Assembly (NCBI GenBank): GCA_035647175.1
Contig: DASRNX010000052.1
Coordinates: 1-40,932, forward strand
Reading direction: 5' to 3'
DNA from: Clostridia bacterium
GTDB lineage: Bacteria; Bacillota; Clostridia; Caldicoprobacterales; UBA3941
DNA length: 40,932 nucleotides
A program made the position numbers and the translations under genes. A model generated the notes under the pieces. That model was given only the letters and a program-made list of their open reading frames with translations, was not told where the DNA came from and did no database searches. The first letter of the stretch is position 1. Each line of letters opens with the position of its first letter. Positions 34,442 through 40,932 of this stretch are shown here, piece by piece.

Positions 34442-36127
34442 TTATTCCAGGGCGGTAAAATAGGACTTTATCCATTCTCTCATATTGGGCGGTATACTCA
34501 TCCGTTCAATATTTCGCATCGCCTGATTCTTGTATTCACCAAATACCTCATCGTAAGGTACAAAGCCGTCAAAGTCCCCCAATCCTTGGCCTGTTTCTAT
34601 CTGTTGCCCGGAGCCCTGTTCATTTATATTGCCTTTAACCTGACTTACCTCTCCGCCGTCCCCCAGCCTCTTTGGATCCAATATTCGCTCATATTCCGGA
34701 TGGGCAGTGCCTATACCCGCCCCCTGGCCACCCCCGGCTGAATTGCTATCTGAACCGCCCTGACCACCTTGACCCTGTCCGCTTTGATTACCCTGTCCTT
34801 GCTGTCCGCTTTGGCTGCCCTGTCCTTGCTGTCCGCTTTGGCTGCCCTGGCCTTGCTGTCCGCCTTGGCTTCCTTGTCCCTGACCCGGTTCTTCTATGTT
34901 GCCCTGACTATTCCCCTGGTCTGCATTTGAATTACCACTATCGCCTTCTTGATTATCCGGTCCATTTGATTGAGCGAGCTGGGATTTATCGATATCAACA
35001 CTGCCCGCCTTTGATATCTTATTTTTCATATCCTGCAAGGCATACATGAGGTCCTGTGTTTCGCTTAATGGGCCCCCTGCCAAATCCATAAGTAAGTCTT
35101 CCAAAACCCCCAATTCCTCGGCCAAATCCATAGTATCTTTATCCAGGTTTTTTCCTATATCCCCAGCTAATTCCATAAGCCGGTCTTGGATTTTACCCTT
35201 TCCGAGTTTATCGGCCATCTGCTCCAGCGCATCTTTAACGGCATCCATTGCGTCTTTATCCATACCGCCATTTTTAGCCAATTCCTGAAGGCGCCCCATT
35301 TCTTCCTTTATACCCTCGGTGTCCATCTCCTTTATTTGCTCGCCTAAGGATTTTAAGGCCTCCTGCCTCGACAGCCCCTCTCCCAGATCCGCCATCTCCT
35401 GCCTTTTGGTTTCCTTGGCCAGCTCTATAATCTCTTCCTGAGTTTTAGATATCTCTTTTAAGGCCTCGCGGTGGTCCCTAGTCTTTTTTAGTTTATCGGT
35501 TAGCCGAGCCAGAAGCTTTTTAATCTCTTCCCGTTCCTTAGGGGTTAATCCGGCTTCCATGGCCAATTCTTTGTTGCTTTCATCCTCTAATCTTTTAAGC
35601 TGCTCTTCTATGACTTTTTCGGCGTGTAACCTTTTCTTTATTATCCCATCCTGGGGATTGGGAATAAAAAAACCAGACATCAATAACATTAGAAGGCCCA
35701 TCGCTATAAGGCTGCTCTTCTTTGATGTAGTAATGTCGATGTTTTTAGGATCGAAGGCCTTTAGCCTGTTTAAGGTATCATGCCTTTGGGCCTTTGCGAA
35801 TTGGTCATCCCTATGGCTTAATTCATAGGCTGTAGTAATTCGTTCCTCAAACCCCAACTTGTCTGCTTTTTTAGTCATCTTAGAAATAGAAGGTCTTGTA
35901 ACCCATGAGACGAGAAATGTTATGGCCATAACAATCCCACCTGTATAGGCCATGATACTCTTAATATGAATAATGGGGATAAGGAAGGACACCCCCATCC
36001 ACAGGATACCTTGCCCAATGGCAGCTATTGATCCCCAGATAACACCGTGAATTAAATGCTGGGCCGTAAGCCGCCTTCTAATAGGCCCAAAGGCCCTATG
36101 GATTTTAGAATCAACACCTCTAGACAT
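34442..36127 (-). CDS. Membrane-anchored coiled-coil protein with Gln/Gly/Ser-rich low-complexity region; unknown function
   Basis: 561 aa with three hydrophobic segments in the first ~155 aa. These are followed by ~230 aa of charged heptad-like sequence (EEQLKRLEDESNKE...), then (SGQQGQGSQ)n, and a conserved-looking C-terminus IPPNMREWIKSYFTALE. Confidence 0.7.
   Translation of the reverse strand: MSRGVDSKIHRAFGPIRRRLTAQHLIHGVIWGSIAAIGQGILWMGVSFLIPIIHIKSIMAYTGGIVMAITFLVSWVTRPSISKMTKKADKLGFEERITTAYELSHRDDQFAKAQRHDTLNRLKAFDPKNIDITTSKKSSLIAMGLLMLLMSGFFIPNPQDGIIKKRLHAEKVIEEQLKRLEDESNKELAMEAGLTPKEREEIKKLLARLTDKLKKTRDHREALKEISKTQEEIIELAKETKRQEMADLGEGLSRQEALKSLGEQIKEMDTEGIKEEMGRLQELAKNGGMDKDAMDAVKDALEQMADKLGKGKIQDRLMELAGDIGKNLDKDTMDLAEELGVLEDLLMDLAGGPLSETQDLMYALQDMKNKISKAGSVDIDKSQLAQSNGPDNQEGDSGNSNADQGNSQGNIEEPGQGQGSQGGQQGQGSQSGQQGQGSQSGQQGQGNQSGQGQGGQGGSDSNSAGGGQGAGIGTAHPEYERILDPKRLGDGGEVSQVKGNINEQGSGQQIETGQGLGDFDGFVPYDEVFGEYKNQAMRNIERMSIPPNMREWIKSYFTALE
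34791..34871. repeat. In-frame 27-bp tandem repeat (two identical copies and one copy with three mismatches)
   Basis: 34791-34817 and 34818-34844 are identical (CCCTGTCCTTGCTGTCCGCTTTGGCTG). 34845-34871 differs at 3 positions. The repeat encodes the SGQQGQGSQ units of the 561-aa protein. Confidence 0.85.
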
Positions 36128-36158
36128 TGGTACTCTTCCCCCCTTTTGAGAACATGAG

Positions 36159-37133
36159 TTACTTTGATATATTCGCCAAATGCTTTTTCCTAAAACCCCT
36201 GCGAACCGGTTTTATCTTCCATGCGCTAATAGTCAACAAGGTCCCTGCCGCAGACAGCATGATAACAGCATTTCTAATCCATAGGCTCCATTGGCTCCAT
36301 GACCATCCATTTATCATGCCCCCTGTATTGGGGTTTGACGTGCCATAATACCCCATCCCGAACATCATTGAGAGTACGCCTGCCACCCCCAGGTTCCCCC
36401 CGCTTCCCGATTGCCTGGCCAGTATGTCCGCCAGTCCCGTTACAGGATTTAAATAGAATACGAAAGGGGTATAAGAATCTAAGGTCATTCCGCTGACGCT
36501 GCTACTATTATAGTAGTAGGATTGGAGCATAGTCGCCCCAATTATCGCAGTTAATATGCCCAAAACAAAGATAGTCAGATATGATATTACGGTAGAAGTA
36601 ACGGTCTTTTTAAACAGTACAGAGCAAAACATGCCTATGCTCCCAATGGCAAAGGCGGTAATCATATAGAAAGCGAACAACACGACAATATCCCCGGGAG
36701 TTACCCCGCCAAAAAGCAGCGCTAAACTGAATATGGGAATCGAAGATATTATAAGGAGAAATATAAAGCTCATAGAGGAGATTAGCTTTCCCATGACGAT
36801 GCCGGTGGGCGACATCTTGGTACATAACAACAGATCTAAAGTCTGTTTTTCACGTTCGCCGCTTATACTTCCCGCCGTCTGGGCGGGAGTAATCAGCACT
36901 ATAAGGGCGAACTGGAGTATCGCCAAGGTAGTATATATCTGAAGTCCGATAGAATTATTAACATCAAAGGTATTTCCGTAGCCATAGGTATTATCAAAGG
37001 TCAAGTTGAAAAAGAGATAGCTGATCAACAGCATTATTCCAAGATAAACCGTCACCGCCGCGGCAGTCCGCCATCCCCTCATCTTTATTTTTAACTCACT
37101 TACCATAACGGGATTATAAAGCCATTTCTTCAC
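36159..37133 (-). CDS. ABC-2-type transporter permease
   Basis: 324 aa with about 6 TM segments and the ABC-2 hallmark ISGEREKQTLDLLL after TM1-TM2. The GTG start lies 6 nt after GGAGGTGA and overlaps the ATPase gene by 20 nt. Confidence 0.8.
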   Translation of the reverse strand: MKKWLYNPVMVSELKIKMRGWRTAAAVTVYLGIMLLISYLFFNLTFDNTYGYGNTFDVNNSIGLQIYTTLAILQFALIVLITPAQTAGSISGEREKQTLDLLLCTKMSPTGIVMGKLISSMSFIFLLIISSIPIFSLALLFGGVTPGDIVVLFAFYMITAFAIGSIGMFCSVLFKKTVTSTVISYLTIFVLGILTAIIGATMLQSYYYNSSSVSGMTLDSYTPFVFYLNPVTGLADILARQSGSGGNLGVAGVLSMMFGMGYYGTSNPNTGGMINGWSWSQWSLWIRNAVIMLSAAGTLLTISAWKIKPVRRGFRKKHLANISK

Positions 37134-38046
37134 CCTTGGTCACCTCCATAAATATCTGTTCCAAATTACCGTCTGCCTTGCCAAAGGAAAGAATAGGTAG
37201 CTCTTGATTGACTAAAATTCTCAACAGCTTCCAGAGATCTTGATCCTCCCCGCTGTAGGTTACTTCTAGGGAGTTTCCTTCTTGAATTATTTCCTCGACT
37301 AAGGGCTGCTCCTTGAGTAGGTTAATCGCCTCTTCCAATCTATCCATAAACTTCAAACGTATTATAGTCCTTCCCGAAATTCTTCTCATGATATCTTCTA
37401 CACTGCCGTCTATAACCATTTTCCCGTTTTCTATAATTCCTATGGTGTCGCACATTTCTGCCAGTTCCGAAAGGATGTGGGAGCTTATAAGTATGGTCTT
37501 GTTCATTCCCTTTAGCTCCTTTAATATCCCCTTTATCTCAATTCTGGCCCTAGGGTCAAGGCCTGATGCCGGTTCATCCAACACCAGGAGTTCGGGATTG
37601 TGGATTAGGCTCCTAGCCAGGCATAACCTCTGCTTCATTCCACGAGAGAGGGTATCCACATAGCTATCTTTTTTATGACCTAAGTCTACTAATTCCAACA
37701 GCTCGCCGGCTGCCTTCTGCCTTTCCTTATAGGGCATCCCATAACTACTTCCATAAAAGTCCATGTATTCATGGACTTTAAGGTTATCATAAACCCCAAA
37801 GAAGTCCGGCATATAGCCGATCCTTTCCCTTACCTTTAGGGGTTCTCTTACTACATCCATACCCTCTACTTCAACAGTCCCGGAGGTGGGCTGCATCAAG
37901 GTTGCTATTATCTTTATGGTAGTGGTCTTTCCGGCACCGTTAGGGCCTACAAACCCAAATATGCTGCCGGATTCAATCTTTAAGTTGACCTGGTCTACCG
38001 CCGTAAATTTACCATATCTTTTTACCAAATCCTTAATAACCAGCAT
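37114..38046 (-). CDS. ABC transporter ATP-binding protein (ABC-2 / CcmA-GldA-like class) with a ~90-aa C-terminal extension
   Basis: Walker A GPNGAGKTT, signature LSRGMKQRL, Walker B LLVLDEPASGLD. The ATG overlaps the upstream stop as TAATG. Confidence 0.9.
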   Translation of the reverse strand: MLVIKDLVKRYGKFTAVDQVNLKIESGSIFGFVGPNGAGKTTTIKIIATLMQPTSGTVEVEGMDVVREPLKVRERIGYMPDFFGVYDNLKVHEYMDFYGSSYGMPYKERQKAAGELLELVDLGHKKDSYVDTLSRGMKQRLCLARSLIHNPELLVLDEPASGLDPRARIEIKGILKELKGMNKTILISSHILSELAEMCDTIGIIENGKMVIDGSVEDIMRRISGRTIIRLKFMDRLEEAINLLKEQPLVEEIIQEGNSLEVTYSGEDQDLWKLLRILVNQELPILSFGKADGNLEQIFMEVTKGEEMAL

Positions 38047-40505
38047 TAACGCTTCCTCCCCTCAATGATTAGGGTAGGGGCTTCAAAGGAGATGTACTCC
38101 CTCGGTCTTCCCTCTATTTTAATGAGCATTTTCCCTTCGTCGTCTATAAATCTGGATATGGAGTCGGGGCTTATAATAATAGCCCCCCTGGCCTTATGGT
38201 AGGTAATGCTATCGTCTTCATCCATATAATCCCCCTCCCCTGCGTCGAGGGGAGATAGACCGATGGGATCGCCATAGGGTCTTGCAACCACCTCTATCTT
38301 GGTTAATTCCAAGTCCATATAGGGAGTCATATCAAATTCGAAGACTCCTTTACCCCGGTCCAAATAAAAAATCGAATCGTCGGAATGAATCATATCGGAT
38401 AATTCCTTTTTAAGAATCCCCTTTACATAACCCGGAGGTATGCCGACTTGGCCATCTCTTTCATAGACGATATCAAAACCGGACAAAACCACACCGGTAT
38501 TTTGTGGGGTAACCGGTCCTGAACCAACTACCGTAATCTTTTCTTCCAAATCATAATCGCAAAATCCCAACAGGTTGATAAAGTCGTTATGCAATAAATC
38601 GTTGCCGTCATATTTCATTATGAGCCCCTCGACAAAGTTTCGCTTTGCCCACCTACTCCGTTCCTCATCGCTGGGCTGCCTGCTTCCCGAATTGGGGTAT
38701 GGAAATAGGCTGTCGATCATCATATACAGGTCGTTATGCCCGTAACCAGATTGCGTGCTTGGGCTGGAAACTGATAGATTGACTTCCACCTCAACGCCGG
38801 GAATTAGGTTTCCTATCTTTTCAAAATCTCCCGCTAAGGTATATATAGCCGAATCCTCTATAAGGAAGGAAGTGTTATTAATAATTGTACCCTTAACCTT
38901 GCCATCCTTATAATACAGATCCCCTTTTATATCGCCCAAGTTCTCTTTGAAGCCCCTGTACATAAGGGTACGCATAGTCCATACATTGGAATCATAAAGA
39001 GTAATGGAGGAGGGATTACCCTGGGAAACCTTGGCTTTTATAATTCCCCCATGGCTGCTCGGAAAGCTAGAACCGTATGCATAGCCCATATCACCTTCCC
39101 CATAGGGTGTCATGAGGACATCCCCATCTATACTGATGTTATAATCCCCTCTTTTAGGTATGAAAACTCCTACATAGGTATCTATTGTGGCGGTATTCTC
39201 CCTTGCGCTGATGGTGGAAATAGTGTTTATTATGACCTCGCTACCCTTTTGTGAATAGCCAATCCCGTATATACCAATCGAAAACAATATCACAAAACCC
39301 GGGATGGTAAACCACATCCATTCCCTTTTATCTAATTTTTTTAAAATGATATAGTTAATAGGTCCTACCACAAGGAGATATCCCAAAAGAATAATTAAGA
39401 GATTGGTAAAGGGGGGTAGATCCAGGGCTTTAATGGAACTCAACGCCTCCCTGATACCGTAGTTATACCCATATCCATAAGGTTGATAACCGCTAGACGA
39501 CAAATCAGGACCCTTGAGCGTCGCTATAACGCTAGGTTTTAGGTTATTCGTGAGCACCCTCTCCCAAAATGTTTTATTGCCTTCCCAGCTTGTAAAAGGC
39601 TCTAATCCTAAATCAAATCCCGCAATAAAGATATTGCCTCTACCCGAGTTCAATCCCCATATTATTGCCTGTCCACCATCCTCCATAAGTGTCTTGCTGT
39701 CTTGGAGAGAAAGCCCTGCTAAATCCAAGCTCATATTCCCTATTCCCTCAATAGGTTCTGATTTAATAGTGTTGCCAATCTGGCCATCGACAATAGTCGG
39801 CTTAAGGCCTGATAAGGTTTTAGAAGCATTAGAACCGGTCCCGATAATGAGGATACCCCCATTATTTACCCACTGGCCCAGCACTTGCTGCTGCTCCTGT
39901 GTGAATACCGCGGTATCGGCGTTATTTATTACTATCATAGCAAAGTTTTCCATGACTTCAGGGCGATGGGGTATCTCGTCTTTGTTTATTAGAACCGTTT
40001 CATGGTTTGCAAATACGCTGTCGCCACCTAAAGTGCGCCACCAGTATCCAAGTGCCGGCTTATCATCGGTTATCACGCCCATAAGGTATTTATTTAAGGT
40101 CATAGGTTTTAAAGACTTTAATTCCAAGGATTTTAAGGTTTTATTCTTTTGCTTTAGATCAATTTTAAACTTTCTCTGGGTTGTATTGATCTGTGCATAC
40201 AGCATAAAACGTTTTTTCGAATTCTTAGCTATTACCGCAGCTCTTGAATAGGTTATGGCCGTACCTTGATCCTGATTGACTAATACCTCCAGATCCCCAT
40301 GGATATCCTGACCTAAATTTTCTATTTCAATAACGATGGGGGTCCATGAACCTACCCGGTAATGATTATCAAATCCGATTTTAGCCTCTATAATTATATC
40401 TTCCCTTTGGGACTGGTCTTCTTCACCTTCTGCCAATATTCCCATAGGGATTATCGTTAAAACAATCATTAAGATACAAACAAGAATTATTCCTCTGTTA
40501 TTCAC
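38046..40505 (-). CDS. Large signal-peptide/double-TM envelope protein, family not recognised
   Basis: 819 aa with a GTG start after AAGGTGGG and a signal-like N-terminus (ILVCILMIVLTIIPMGILAEG). Two central hydrophobic segments (FTNLLIILLGYLLVVGPINYII and WFTIPGFVILFSIGIYGIGY) separate two ~350-400-aa soluble halves. Confidence 0.7.
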   Translation of the reverse strand: MNNRGIILVCILMIVLTIIPMGILAEGEEDQSQREDIIIEAKIGFDNHYRVGSWTPIVIEIENLGQDIHGDLEVLVNQDQGTAITYSRAAVIAKNSKKRFMLYAQINTTQRKFKIDLKQKNKTLKSLELKSLKPMTLNKYLMGVITDDKPALGYWWRTLGGDSVFANHETVLINKDEIPHRPEVMENFAMIVINNADTAVFTQEQQQVLGQWVNNGGILIIGTGSNASKTLSGLKPTIVDGQIGNTIKSEPIEGIGNMSLDLAGLSLQDSKTLMEDGGQAIIWGLNSGRGNIFIAGFDLGLEPFTSWEGNKTFWERVLTNNLKPSVIATLKGPDLSSSGYQPYGYGYNYGIREALSSIKALDLPPFTNLLIILLGYLLVVGPINYIILKKLDKREWMWFTIPGFVILFSIGIYGIGYSQKGSEVIINTISTISARENTATIDTYVGVFIPKRGDYNISIDGDVLMTPYGEGDMGYAYGSSFPSSHGGIIKAKVSQGNPSSITLYDSNVWTMRTLMYRGFKENLGDIKGDLYYKDGKVKGTIINNTSFLIEDSAIYTLAGDFEKIGNLIPGVEVEVNLSVSSPSTQSGYGHNDLYMMIDSLFPYPNSGSRQPSDEERSRWAKRNFVEGLIMKYDGNDLLHNDFINLLGFCDYDLEEKITVVGSGPVTPQNTGVVLSGFDIVYERDGQVGIPPGYVKGILKKELSDMIHSDDSIFYLDRGKGVFEFDMTPYMDLELTKIEVVARPYGDPIGLSPLDAGEGDYMDEDDSITYHKARGAIIISPDSISRFIDDEGKMLIKIEGRPREYISFEAPTLIIEGRKR

Positions 40506-40529
40506 GTCCCATACCCACCTTCTACGTAT

Positions 40530-40538
40530 AGTATACCA
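40530..40538 (-). promoter_or_regulatory. Candidate extended -10 promoter of the nine-gene cluster
   Basis: The minus strand reads TGGTATACT (TGn + TATACT) about 25 nt upstream of the GTG start. No good -35 element is present. Confidence 0.3.
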
Positions 40539-40932
40539 GACTCCGTCTATCTGACATTAGATAGCATAACACATTATTCAATACCCATATCATATCATCT
40601 TTCGAGTATGGTAAAAAGAAAAAACAAATGACAAGTTCTTAACTTTTCCTTAATATTCCGATTATAGAGGGGGCTTCCAGAAATCTATCATTCAATATTT
40701 CAATCTATAGCACGAAGGATTTAAGTCTTTATAACCTTAATTGACCAGTTGATGGTTTTATTGCATCAAGGTTTTATCCCCGACCCTCAAAGGGAAAACT
40801 GCGATTAGGGTATGAATATTATAGGTGCAATTTTGGCTTAATTATTTGGATTTTGCGGAGCTATACAAAAATAGTTTCAAAATTTCTACTATAAATAAAG
40901 GCGCTATGGATAATGCCCCTACTATTAACCAC

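Noticed and set aside
34672-35049. 125-aa plus-strand ORF with its own peptide repeat (PVLAVRFGC)
   Set aside because: Its repeat is the antisense image of the 27-bp tandem repeat in the 561-aa gene. This is an artefact of low-complexity DNA staying open in several frames.
39514-40251. 245-aa plus-strand ORF antisense to the 819-aa gene
   Set aside because: It lies entirely inside a well-supported minus-strand gene. It has the Ser/Pro/Leu-rich composition typical of shadow frames, no RBS and no recognisable motif.
40906-40932. ATG GAT AAT GCC... possible plus-strand gene start at the window edge
   Set aside because: Only 9 codons are visible and the RBS is weak, so the call cannot be supported.
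1-40932. Mobile element, prophage or classical defence island
   Set aside because: I recognised no integrase, transposase, recombinase, terminal inverted repeats, tRNA attachment site, restriction-modification, toxin-antitoxin or cas-like genes. Composition looks uniform by eye.

Overview
This 40.9-kb chromosomal segment reads like a spore-forming Firmicute (Clostridia-like). It has strong GGAGG-type ribosome-binding sites, frequent GTG/TTG starts, a SleB-type cortex hydrolase and intermediate GC content. I see about 30 protein-coding genes and no rRNA, tRNA, CRISPR array, transposase or integrase.

Left third (minus strand): coaX, an orphan ECF S-component, an MFS transporter, a heterodimeric ABC exporter with one degenerate ATP site, a DmpA/S58 peptidase, birA, sleB, a FruK/PfkB kinase and an EF-G2-type paralogue.

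Centre (plus strand): an aromatic amino-acid cluster aroB-hisC-aroF-tyrA-aroA. It is interrupted by two ~360-nt non-coding spacers. One spacer carries six degenerate ~40-nt tandem repeats plus a 16-bp perfect palindrome.

Right half (minus strand): an uncharacterised TIM-barrel-like protein, then two Gfo/Idh/MocA oxidoreductase + xylose-isomerase-like TIM-barrel pairs behind a near-consensus promoter. After that comes the most interesting part, a tightly packed and partly translationally coupled nine-gene cluster (25688-40505). It combines an ABC-2 exporter, two large membrane proteins I cannot assign to a family, a MoxR AAA+ ATPase, a DUF58 protein, two BatA-N-terminal/VWA (MIDAS) membrane proteins and an S9 lipoprotein peptidase. 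The MoxR-DUF58-VWA core resembles Bat (aerotolerance)-type operons, whose mechanism is unresolved. The addition of an exporter, and the predicted extracytoplasmic location of the MIDAS domains, is to my knowledge not a characterised system.

All product calls come from motif recognition by eye. No database search or folding program was run.
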